Shown here: piece by piece, positions 1-8,255 of the stretch
Numbering within the stretch: the stretch's first letter is position 1
How the letters are laid out: each line of letters begins with the position of its first letter
NCBI GenBank assembly: GCA_014859655.1
Contig: JACUTT010000002.1
Location: 17,046 to 81,045, forward strand
Length of the DNA: 64,000 nt
Source: Campylobacterales bacterium
GTDB lineage: Bacteria > Campylobacterota > Campylobacteria > Campylobacterales > Sulfurimonadaceae
Reading direction: 5' to 3'
Notes under the pieces: model-generated
The model's database searches: none
Seen by the model: only the letters and a program-made list of their open reading frames with translations
Told to the model about the DNA's origin: nothing
Program-made: the position numbers and the translations under genes

Positions 1-322
1 TTCCTGTGCGGCAGTAGACGACGACAAATGCCTTTTTGTCCGGTATGGCGCTTTCGACGTCAAACTCCAGCACACCCCGCCCGATCGCGACGTGCTCCTC
101 CGCATCTATATTGCCTTCGGGGCGCATGTAGGACTCGCGGATGTCGAGCATGATGAGTTTTTCTTCATTCTCCATCATCTTTTTGAGTGCTTCGGGTGAA
201 ATGGACTTAACCACCTTGGCACCCTCCGCCACAAGGCTCTCGCTCAAAGCGCTTCCTGCCATCAAAGGCATACTCAGACACATTCCCAAAATCGCCGCAG
301 CTGCTGTCATGTTTAATCTCAT
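1..322 (-). CDS. Rhodanese-like sulfurtransferase with Sec signal peptide (partial, C-terminus lies beyond window start)
   Basis: Own translation of the minus strand from ATG at 322: MRLNMTAAAAILGMCLSMPLMAGS... then ...LIMLDIRESYMRPEGNI...KAFVVVYCRTG (rhodanese CRxG active-site loop). AAGGA-type RBS inside the end of the upstream gene. Not in the ORF track because it runs off the edge. Confidence 0.75.
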   Translation of the reverse strand, partial: MRLNMTAAAAILGMCLSMPLMAGSALSESLVAEGAKVVKSISPEALKKMMENEEKLIMLDIRESYMRPEGNIDAEEHVAIGRGVLEFDVESAIPDKKAFVVVYCRTG

Positions 323-324
323 CT

Positions 325-732
325 TTACCATCCTTTTATCATTGTTCTTATGTTTTTATACAGGCCCAGAATCTCGTCTTTGAGCTCCTCGTCGCAGAGC
401 AGCGTCTGCATCAACACGCTCAGATCGTGCGTAGCCGCGTAACAATTGCCCTCTTTGGCGTAGACGCTGATGCGGCACGGCAGCAGAACACTCAGTTCAG
501 GCCGGGTGTTGAGCAGTTTTGCCGCTATAGGCGCTTTGCAGAGCTCAAAGACAGAGGCGTGTTCTTTGATCTCGAAACCGCTCTCAGGAAGATTCTTGGA
601 AAAGGGAAAATGCTTTTTCAGCATTAGCCCAAAGGCCTTCGCTTCCGCCTCGATGCGTGCTTCGATCTCTTCGCAGTTCAGTGTTGCTTGATGTGTAAAT
701 ATCACGTGTACCCTTTCAATCGCCGTTATCAT
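325..732 (-). CDS. DUF302 domain protein
   Basis: 135 aa ORF. The stretch FELCKAPIAAKLL...LLPCRISVY resembles the DUF302 family as I remember it. Its stop lies 2 nt before the rhodanese start. Confidence 0.65.
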   Translation of the reverse strand: MITAIERVHVIFTHQATLNCEEIEARIEAEAKAFGLMLKKHFPFSKNLPESGFEIKEHASVFELCKAPIAAKLLNTRPELSVLLPCRISVYAKEGNCYAATHDLSVLMQTLLCDEELKDEILGLYKNIRTMIKGW

Positions 733-777
733 ATAATAAAGGCTTAAATTTAGTCAAGTGTCCCTCTAAAAACCCCG

Positions 778-2127
778 CTATCTTTTTTCAATGATGAAGT
801 AAACGAAGTTCTGATAGCTCTCTTTGGGAGTGAGGTGCAGGACCTCTTCGCTTTTTATGAGCTCCAGACCCGGGGGGAGCTCGTCGCGCATCTTCTGCTC
901 GTCATAGCGGATGACATCCAGCCCGCTGCACATGGCAGGCCCCGTGGGCGAAAAGGTGCTGATGATCGCCGTTCCGCCCTCTTTTAGCGCCCCAGAGAGG
1001 GCCCTAAAATACGCACTTCGCTCGCTTGAGTGCAGCAGAAAATGAAAAACCGCTCTGTCGTGCCAGAGATCAAAACGTGCAGTGCTTTTGAAGGCTGTCA
1101 CATCGGCGCAAATGAAGGTCGGCACCTCTGCCCTGCTTCCCAGTCTCTGCCTTACGATCTCCAGCGAAACCGCCGAGGCATCGAGCAGGCAAAGGTCGGT
1201 ATGCCCCTTTTCGATCAGCGCATCCGCCAACAAAGAGGCGCCGCAACCTACATCGATAATGGCCGCATCACACGGAAGGTTTAACTCTTTTATGAGGTTT
1301 AGCGAGAGATCGGGGGAGCTTTGGTGCCAGAGTACCTGGGTGTAGTCCTTGGTGCTATAGACATTTTCCCAGTGTGCTTTTCGGCGCTTTTCGGCGGGTA
1401 TCTTGACCGCTCTGAAGGTGGCGCCCTGCGTCGTCTGCGAGGTCATGTAGCCCGTCAGGCCGGTGCACTCTATCTCGCCAAAGCCCGTTTCGCTCATGAT
1501 CTCCATCAGCTTTTCTTTGCTCAGTGTTCCCGCGACGCAGTTGGCCCACTCCGCCTCGCCGGGTGCAGCGTAGCACGAAGAAGCGGGTTTGGTCTCGCCC
1601 GTGTCGATGATGTCGGCAAACATTAGCCTTCCGCCGGGTTTGAGCAGACGGTAGATCTCGGCAAAGACGCTCTGCTTGCAGGTACTGAGATTGATGGCAC
1701 CGTTCGAGATGATGACATCGGCCACGCCATCGCCCAGAGGAATAGACTCAAAATCGCTCTCGTACACTTCCACCTGCGAAAAACCGCCAAGAAGCGCGTG
1801 CTCCTTAGCCTTGGCGACCATCTTTGGCGTGATGTCGATCCCAATCGCCCTTCCCTCCGGCCCGCTCAAAAAAGCCGCGACCAGCAGGTCTACTCCCGCC
1901 CCGCAGCCCAGGTCGACAACACACTCGCCCCTGCCGATCTCGCCCTGCTCAAAAGGGTTTCCCACCGCCGCACAGTAGTCCCAGACGACGGAAGGAAGCG
2001 CATCAAACCACGCCTCTTTATAGCCCAAATTCCGGGCATTTTCCCGCCCCTTTTTCCAGCCAAACTCTTTGCTGGGGTCTTGTGCGAGGGAAGTGTAGAG
2101 GGAGATGATCTGTTGCTGCTTTTGCAT
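778..2127 (-). CDS. Tandem SAM-dependent methyltransferase: ArsM/UbiE-like N-terminal domain fused to a second class I MTase domain
   Basis: 449 aa with two separate motif-I glycine loops (VVDLGCGAGVD and IIDVGCGASLL). The N-terminal half has an ArsM-like layout (C..GNP, ISNGAINLS, LKPGGRL, WANCVAG). Confidence 0.75.
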   Translation of the reverse strand: MQKQQQIISLYTSLAQDPSKEFGWKKGRENARNLGYKEAWFDALPSVVWDYCAAVGNPFEQGEIGRGECVVDLGCGAGVDLLVAAFLSGPEGRAIGIDITPKMVAKAKEHALLGGFSQVEVYESDFESIPLGDGVADVIISNGAINLSTCKQSVFAEIYRLLKPGGRLMFADIIDTGETKPASSCYAAPGEAEWANCVAGTLSKEKLMEIMSETGFGEIECTGLTGYMTSQTTQGATFRAVKIPAEKRRKAHWENVYSTKDYTQVLWHQSSPDLSLNLIKELNLPCDAAIIDVGCGASLLADALIEKGHTDLCLLDASAVSLEIVRQRLGSRAEVPTFICADVTAFKSTARFDLWHDRAVFHFLLHSSERSAYFRALSGALKEGGTAIISTFSPTGPAMCSGLDVIRYDEQKMRDELPPGLELIKSEEVLHLTPKESYQNFVYFIIEKR

Positions 2128-2230
2128 GGGTTTCCTTATTTATGTAGTGACGAAAGTCTAGCATAATTGAAGGAATTTAGTAAATAGGCTAAATAGAAAT
2201 ATAGCAGGGGATGAAAATTATAGAGATTGA

Positions 2231-3089
2231 CTATGGAGTTACAGTCTTTGCAAATGGCTCGTCAATGCGGTCTGTTGTTGCACTAACCATCTCATACCAT
2301 CCGTCTTCTCCTGTCGGGAAGAATCCGTTGGCACCTGTTAGCAGATAGCACACTTTGTTAGTAACTGTGATACCTGTTTTTACCTGCACACCATACTTGA
2401 CCGTAAAACAGATTTCCAAGTGTGTTGCCAGCTCCGGCAATGACTTTTAAGGCTGCATTGAAGCCTTGGCTTGAGACTGTACTGCCGTTGAGATCTAGGA
2501 GAGATGCCCTACTGAGCTCTCTATCTGATCGAGCGACTTGCTAAGCTCCACACTCCTCAAAGCACCGAGTTCTTGCGTGATTCGAAGCGTCACGGAGGTG
2601 AGCGAGATGGTGCAGAGGGGCTACTTCTACTGGTAGGCTGTGTTTTCAAACATCTCGCCCAAGGTCGCCAGCTTCGTCTGCTGCAAGAGCAGGGCCTCGC
2701 TCTTTTTTCAGGCTATCGAGCACATTGTCATGAAATCTTTTCAGATCGATGTGCGTCTTTACCCTGGCTTTTGGGACCTTGGATTCAAAAAGCTTGACGA
2801 TGTCTGACTCTTTTTCAAGGGCCGTCAAAAAAATGACAACAGCAGAAGAGGACTCCGGTATTTGCTTGATCTTTTTACACAGCTCAAACCCGTCCATATC
2901 CGGCATCACGATATCCAAAAGGATAAGATCTATTTCACTGTGGTTTTTAAGACAGGTAAGCGCCTTCTCTGCGCCGGTGGCTGTTCTGATCTCATACTCA
3001 CCGTTTAGCAGATCCGCGTTACTTGATATATCATCAGGCGAATCGTTCACAACTAAAATCGTCGGTTTCTGAACTCTTATTTCATCCAT
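2231..3089 (-). pseudogene. Decayed hybrid receiver / histidine kinase gene (REC domain ORF plus disrupted HisKA-HATPase remnant)
   Basis: The REC ORF (2646-3089) shifts frame at a T6/A6 run (2703-2708). In the next frame the sequence reads LLLQQTKLATLGEMFENTAYQ*K*PL, versus the H-box I recall as GEM..NIAHQWRQPL. In-frame stops lie at 2627-2629, 2621-2623, 2495-2497 and 2447-2449. The track ORF 2231-2440 is in this same frame. Confidence 0.6.
2646..3089 (-). CDS. Response-regulator receiver (REC) domain ORF, the surviving 5' part of the pseudogene above
   Basis: ILVVNDSP...DLILLDIVMPDMDGFELC...VIFLTA match REC motifs. The region where GAxDYIxKP is expected reads LFESKVPKARVKTH, which suggests an internal deletion. 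RBS AAGGATG upstream. Confidence 0.6.
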   Translation of the reverse strand: MDEIRVQKPTILVVNDSPDDISSNADLLNGEYEIRTATGAEKALTCLKNHSEIDLILLDIVMPDMDGFELCKKIKQIPESSSAVVIFLTALEKESDIVKLFESKVPKARVKTHIDLKRFHDNVLDSLKKERGPALAADEAGDLGRDV

Positions 3090-3140
3090 GATACATCCTT
3101 ATCCACACACTCTCATGCAAATACCAATCAAAAGACATTT

Positions 3141-3698
3141 CTAAACTTTACGTGCGACCAAAGAGGCGATTCTCACCTTTTCTTTGCGCAGGTTAATCGC
3201 GTCTTTTTCTTCGTAGGAGATGATCTCCAGCGCCTCAAATGCCTTAGGGAGTTCCTCTCTTTTGAGGTGAAATTCGGCCCTGCTGGGGTTGTGGTACTCC
3301 TCTCCTGTCGGCGTCTCGACGAAGGTCTCGTAGATAAAGAGGCCCCCTTTTTTTAACGCTGTGATGATCTTTGGAAACATCTTTCGGTCAAGGTAGTTGA
3401 TCTTAAGTATCAGGTCGTAGGCCTCGATTTCAAATTCGTAGCTGTCCAGGTCCGCCTCGATCTTGGTGATGGCATCCATCTCCTTGAGCTTTGAAAGCGC
3501 ATAGTCGGAGAGGTCGACGGCATCGACGTCAAAGCCGTGCTCTGCGAGGTAGTGGGTGTTTCGGCCCATCCCGCAGGCAATGTCAAGCGCTCTTCCCTTT
3601 TTCGCCAGATGGAGGTTCTTTTTTAGGATCTCGGAAGCTTCGCCCGGCATCGGTTGGCTCAGGTACTTCTCGTTCCAGCGCGCCTTGTCTTCGTGCAT
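3141..3698 (-). CDS. Class I SAM-dependent methyltransferase (TehB-like, small)
   Basis: 185 aa with ALDIACGMGRNTHYLAEHGFDVDAVDLS motif I/II. The ATG lies 1 nt after the stop of the upstream MTase (TGAtATG). Confidence 0.75.
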   Translation of the reverse strand: MHEDKARWNEKYLSQPMPGEASEILKKNLHLAKKGRALDIACGMGRNTHYLAEHGFDVDAVDLSDYALSKLKEMDAITKIEADLDSYEFEIEAYDLILKINYLDRKMFPKIITALKKGGLFIYETFVETPTGEEYHNPSRAEFHLKREELPKAFEALEIISYEEKDAINLRKEKVRIASLVARKV

Positions 3699-3699
3699 A

Positions 3700-4383
3700 T
3701 CAGGCCTTCTTCAAGACGATAAAGGCCTTGTCTTTTTCGTCGTAGAGATCAAGGTAGCGGCTTTGGACGACCTTGAAGTTTTTGAGGTTTTTGAAAAATT
3801 TCAGGGGATGAAAATACTGCACGATCGTGCTCTGCTCTTTTTTGTAAAGCTCCCCCTCTTTTTCAAAAAGAGTGAACTGGGTGTTGAGCCTGTTTTCCTC
3901 AAAGGTGGCATCGACGCTCAGAAACATCCCCGCTTCCTCCGCACTCATCGTCCCCTCGGCGACATTGGCAAAGCCGTGCAGGGTGTTGATGTCAAACATG
4001 AAGATCCCCTCATCATTGAGGCTGTTATGGACACACTGCATGAAGTTTTCAAGCTCCTGCGTAGAGACAAAGTTGAGCACATCAAAGGCGGAGACAATGG
4101 CGTCATACGTCTTCTCGACCTCGCAGATCGACTTGAATTCGGCCTTAAGTCCCCTGCTCTTTGCCTTTTGCACCATCAAGGCGCTCAGGTCTATCCCCTC
4201 ACATGCAATGTCGAATTTTTCCAGTTTTTCCATCAGGTCGCCTCTGCCGCAGCCCAGGTCGAGGAGGGTTTTGATCTCGTAGTTATAGAGTGTCTCGACG
4301 TAGAGTTCGTGCAGGTGTTTTGTCGCTTCGTCGATGCCGAGAAGATGCTCGACTTTGGAGTAGAGGTCCAGGTTGTTGTTCAT
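3700..4383 (-). CDS. Class I SAM-dependent methyltransferase
   Basis: LLDLGCGRGDLMEKL...GIDLS motif. I prefer the start at MNNNLDLY (4383, AAGG RBS), 8 nt after the PelB-like stop at 4392-4394, over the track start at 4428. Confidence 0.7.
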   Translation of the reverse strand: MNNNLDLYSKVEHLLGIDEATKHLHELYVETLYNYEIKTLLDLGCGRGDLMEKLEKFDIACEGIDLSALMVQKAKSRGLKAEFKSICEVEKTYDAIVSAFDVLNFVSTQELENFMQCVHNSLNDEGIFMFDINTLHGFANVAEGTMSAEEAGMFLSVDATFEENRLNTQFTLFEKEGELYKKEQSTIVQYFHPLKFFKNLKNFKVVQSRYLDLYDEKDKAFIVLKKA

Positions 4384-4391
4384 AGAGTACC

Positions 4392-7202
4392 TTAATATAG
4401 TATGGTGTAGCGCAAAGATGAGCGCCACGAGGTGTCGTCCGTTCCGCCGACGGACTGGGCATAGTCGACGAGTATGGAAAGATTATCTCCTCCAAAGAGC
4501 GCTCCGCCCATGCCGGCGTTGAAACCGTAGTTAAATTCTTGTGTGCGCCCATTGTAGTAAGGGCTCAAAGAGAAGAACGGACGCCAAACGCGGACATAAT
4601 TATATCTATTTTCCATCCCATAGTTCAGATCCGTCCCCAGATACCAGTAATCATCCGAGATCACAGGCGTATCTGCAAAGTTCAGCAGTGCGTCTATAGC
4701 ACCTTTTGACCCCTTGTTTTCGCTGTACTTGCCATAGGTATAAAAAGATGTAATTGCCAGATCAGGATAGGCGCTGCGCTGCTGATAGGTGTAGTCAATG
4801 CGCCCGTTTGTTCCGCTTCCAAGTGCTGCGCCATCTTGCGAACGGTAGCGCGCACTCTCAAGGTAGAGGCCCATCTGGCTTGAACCTAAAAGTCTGTAGT
4901 GTAGCTGCAGGGCAAGACGGTCTTTTTGGCCTGCGCTTAGCAGATAGACGCTCTCCTGGGCAAGCGCGCCCTTGTCTGCTAGCAGCTCAAGACTTATGCG
5001 CTCACTTAAGGTTCGGTTCGCCTTGAGACTTAGGTAGGCGTACTGCTCGGCCGAATCTCTCAGACCCATATCGACCTGATAGGATCCACTTTGGAAGCGT
5101 TTTTTGATGCCCAGACCGACAGAGCGGCTCGTGCTCGGAAGCGTGCGGAAGACCGCGTCATCGCTGATGGTGTTTGTGCCGGCAAAGAGCTCACCCTCCA
5201 GGCTATAGCCCTTGGCCAGATAGTAGCTGTTACGCATCTGGCTGTAGTACTGCGAGAGGCCGTTTCGATCGAGGTACCCCGCGTCGAGCATAAAAGCGTC
5301 GGCATGCTCATTGTGAAGCTGGCGCATCTGCTCATACAAAAGCTCGTTTTTCTCATTTTTCTCAAGCCCGTCAAAAAGAAGCTCCTGGGCAAAAGCGATT
5401 TGCATCGTATTTACGGCTGCGCCGATACTGTCTGCAACGGGCAGAATACGGAAATGGCGGTATAACAACTCCTGCTGAGTCGACCTGTCGTTCGCCGTTA
5501 TAGCAAGGTTGAGTCTTATCCAGGGTTCGGGTGATTTGAGGCTCTGAGAGATCAGGTGCACCTGTTCATCCACATTCTCTCGCAGTGCCCAGGCCAGAGA
5601 GAGTTCGCTGTAGGCCTGCGGATTTAGGATAGACCGGGCCTCTTCCAGCTCTTTTTCAAACTGGTCGGGATTGATAAAGAAGAGGCGCACACTCAGATAG
5701 TCCTGCACAAACTCCGGTTTTTTTTCACGCCAGTCGGAACCTTTCAGCTCTATATCCATCTGCTCTTTTATAGCGCGCATCTCTTTGTAAAACGCATCCT
5801 TATCGTTTTGTGCCTGCTTGACATAGGCATACAGAAGCGAAATGTCTCTGTCCTCTGCGCTCACCTCTCTTAGTCTGTTGATGTAAAGCAGGGCTCTATC
5901 AGGGTTTTGCAGCCTAAAGTAGGCAACTGCCATCGGCAGCCACAAGCCGGAGCGAACCGAAGTCTTTTCTATCTCAAAAAGAAGCGCTGAGAGCGCTTGC
6001 TGCTCTTTAGTCTCGATCAAAAACCAGATATAGCTCTGCGTAATCTGCTCCGACTCCGGCGCCTTATCCAAAGCCTGAGCAAAGGCCTCTTTTGCCTTCT
6101 CTTTCTCCTTAAGATAGCCATAGAGCTGCGCTTTGACCAGCCAGTAGAAGGCCTCTTGTGTAAGCAGGCCTTCCTCCTCTTGGTCAATCCCTGTGCAGGC
6201 CGCCTCAAGTTCATTGTAGGACTTCATCTCAAGCGCCATATAGGCATAGGTATAGAAGAGGTAGGGCTGTTTAAACTTCTTGTACGCGTCCAAAGCCGCC
6301 TTCATGGCACGAGCCGGTTCATCTTTTTTATATACCGCCAAAATACGCTCATAATCAACCAGGCGTGCCTGCGCTGCCTCATCCACTTTTACCGAAGCCT
6401 CTGCTGCTTTGTTGTACTCTTTCATATACCAGCCCAGATCGCTTAAGTGCATATAGTACTGCCTCAGCTCATCCTCATCTGCATTGCCCAGTTCGGCACT
6501 CTCAAGAGCCGCATAAGACTTAGAGATGTCGCGTTTTAAGAAGTAGTAGCGCGAGCGTAAAAATGCGCTTTTAACATCATGTGTTTCGGCGACTTCCATC
6601 TCCATGACAATGCGGCCGGAGTGCTCTATCTCTCCCATGTTCAGATAGATCTGCAAGATCTTCTTTAATAGTGCTTTTCGCGAGGGTTCTTTGCGGTAAA
6701 TCTCCTCTAAAATCTCGGCAGACTCAAACGGTTTTCCAATCAGGTCGAAGAGGTAGACCAGGGTACGTACATTCTCTTCGGAGGGCTCTTTTCTGACCTT
6801 TTTTTCAATAAGTTCAGCCGCTGTTTTGAACTGGTAGGTCGCAAGCGCATGCTGAAACAGTTTCTCTTCGAGTGCCTTGTCGCCTTCATGTCTGTAGACA
6901 AAGAGCATATGCTCCACCGCTTCGCGGTGCCGACTTGTCCACATAGAAACTTCTGCCAGTTTTTGATGCCAATACAGAGAGTTCGGTTTTACCGCCAGTG
7001 CTTTTTTTCCCGTTTTGTAGGCATTTTCAAGGTCGTTTGCATAGACAAAGACCTGAAAGAGCATCTTCAGCTCCTGCTCGTCTGTCCTTTGACTGCTCGC
7101 ATCAGACATCCCGGGACTCTCCTCGAAGCTCTTTTCAGCGAGTTTAGGCTCTGCGGCAAAAAGCATGAATACGGCCATTATAAAAAATATCAGATATTTC
7201 AC
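4392..7202 (-). CDS. pelB: PelB-like outer-membrane export protein: signal peptide, TPR array, C-terminal beta-barrel
   Basis: 936 aa. N-terminal signal peptide (MKYLIFFIMAVFMLFAAEP), a long helical-repeat region, and a Gly/Tyr/aromatic-rich C-terminus ending ...RYTILY, typical of an OM barrel. Lies within a cluster of Pel genes. Confidence 0.7.
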   Translation of the reverse strand: MKYLIFFIMAVFMLFAAEPKLAEKSFEESPGMSDASSQRTDEQELKMLFQVFVYANDLENAYKTGKKALAVKPNSLYWHQKLAEVSMWTSRHREAVEHMLFVYRHEGDKALEEKLFQHALATYQFKTAAELIEKKVRKEPSEENVRTLVYLFDLIGKPFESAEILEEIYRKEPSRKALLKKILQIYLNMGEIEHSGRIVMEMEVAETHDVKSAFLRSRYYFLKRDISKSYAALESAELGNADEDELRQYYMHLSDLGWYMKEYNKAAEASVKVDEAAQARLVDYERILAVYKKDEPARAMKAALDAYKKFKQPYLFYTYAYMALEMKSYNELEAACTGIDQEEEGLLTQEAFYWLVKAQLYGYLKEKEKAKEAFAQALDKAPESEQITQSYIWFLIETKEQQALSALLFEIEKTSVRSGLWLPMAVAYFRLQNPDRALLYINRLREVSAEDRDISLLYAYVKQAQNDKDAFYKEMRAIKEQMDIELKGSDWREKKPEFVQDYLSVRLFFINPDQFEKELEEARSILNPQAYSELSLAWALRENVDEQVHLISQSLKSPEPWIRLNLAITANDRSTQQELLYRHFRILPVADSIGAAVNTMQIAFAQELLFDGLEKNEKNELLYEQMRQLHNEHADAFMLDAGYLDRNGLSQYYSQMRNSYYLAKGYSLEGELFAGTNTISDDAVFRTLPSTSRSVGLGIKKRFQSGSYQVDMGLRDSAEQYAYLSLKANRTLSERISLELLADKGALAQESVYLLSAGQKDRLALQLHYRLLGSSQMGLYLESARYRSQDGAALGSGTNGRIDYTYQQRSAYPDLAITSFYTYGKYSENKGSKGAIDALLNFADTPVISDDYWYLGTDLNYGMENRYNYVRVWRPFFSLSPYYNGRTQEFNYGFNAGMGGALFGGDNLSILVDYAQSVGGTDDTSWRSSLRYTILY

Positions 7203-7205
7203 AGG

Positions 7206-8255
7206 CTACTCTATATGCTTTAATCGTTCAATAGAGATGCGCTTGGCATCATCGAGTTTTCCGGCTGCGAGATAGAGGGTGATCAAAAATTTGCTCATCT
7301 CTTTGTCTGCATAGTACAAAACGTCATACTTGCGTGCCAGTGCAGCGGCCTCGTCCATCAAAGAACCGTACTGCAAAGACTCCAGCGCTCTTATGAGATA
7401 GTTCTTCTTATCCCTGTAGTTCTTTGTTTTTTCGTACAAAAGAATATACTGTGCAGAGGCTTTTTTGTATTCTTGGAGCTGAAGATAGTATTTTGCCAGC
7501 TCCCGTTGCCAGCTGTCGGAGCCTTTTGCCATCTCTTTGAGCAGAGAGATCGCTCTCTCCTGCTCCCCCTCTTGTACCGCAAGGTAGTAGGCGCGCTGCA
7601 TCCACTCCTCGTAATGCTCGGTATCGATCGTTTTGAGCATATTCAGACACTCTTTTTGCATCTTTTTATTGCCCAGATCGCTGCTGAGGTAGAAGCACTC
7701 CTCCAACCACTTCGCTTTTTTCTCCCTCTGCAGAAGCTGAGACAAAAAGAAAAGTGCCGGGCGGTGGAGCGAAAACTCACGTGCTGCCCCGTACCAATAC
7801 TCCGCACCCTCTTCATCAAAGTTCCCTTCCTCTATGAGCGTCTGCAGAAAAAGTATCATCTCGTTTTTAACCTCTTCTTGAAACTGCTCTTCATTGGTCG
7901 AGAAATATTTTATTTTGAGCGCTTCAAAGCGGTAGGTACCAAGCTCTTTCAATAGACTCTCATCAGCATCCTTGCTCAAGGCTTCTATCATCTTCAAGCT
8001 CAGGTCATGTTTTCCCATTTTTGCGCTTGTCCTGATCAGTGCCATTATTAGCGTTTTGTTCTGCGGTTCAAGCCTTATCATGTTTTCAAGGTAGATAGCG
8101 GTCAGGTCATAATTGCTACTCTCAGAAAGCACCTGTTTGTAGAGCATATCCTTGGGATAGAGGGTATACAGGACGAAGGCAAAAAGAATAAATATGGAAA
8201 AAGCCTCAATGTAGCTGACTACTTCTATTTTTTTAGTTGCATGTGACGATGACAT
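7206..8255 (-). CDS. Membrane-anchored TPR protein, probably the detached N-terminal module of PelB
   Basis: 349 aa with one N-terminal TM helix (FSIFILFAFVLYTLY) followed by TPR-like helical repeats. Sits between pelA and the PelB-like gene with a 3 nt gap. Confidence 0.5.
   Translation of the reverse strand: MSSSHATKKIEVVSYIEAFSIFILFAFVLYTLYPKDMLYKQVLSESSNYDLTAIYLENMIRLEPQNKTLIMALIRTSAKMGKHDLSLKMIEALSKDADESLLKELGTYRFEALKIKYFSTNEEQFQEEVKNEMILFLQTLIEEGNFDEEGAEYWYGAAREFSLHRPALFFLSQLLQREKKAKWLEECFYLSSDLGNKKMQKECLNMLKTIDTEHYEEWMQRAYYLAVQEGEQERAISLLKEMAKGSDSWQRELAKYYLQLQEYKKASAQYILLYEKTKNYRDKKNYLIRALESLQYGSLMDEAAALARKYDVLYYADKEMSKFLITLYLAAGKLDDAKRISIERLKHIE

Noticed and set aside
141-383. 80 aa plus-strand ORF at the window start
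   Set aside because: The opposite strand encodes a rhodanese with a signal peptide, an active-site loop and a good RBS. This ORF also spans the rhodanese/DUF302 junction.
2231-2440. 69 aa ORF as a stand-alone small gene
   Set aside because: It is in the same frame as the disrupted kinase remnant upstream, separated only by in-frame stops. It begins with TTG and has no RBS. It is better read as the tail of the pseudogene.
2447-2629. In-frame TAG codons as possible recoding (for example pyrrolysine or suppression)
   Set aside because: The same frame also contains a TAA, a frameshift and loss of the phospho-accepting His, and the gene is shortened. Together these point to decay rather than programmed readthrough.
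3556-4395. Long 279 aa plus-strand ORF spanning both methyltransferase genes
   Set aside because: It is antisense to two ORFs with clear SAM-MTase motifs. Its sequence is low-complexity and matches no family. It crosses the gene junction, which is typical of a shadow ORF.
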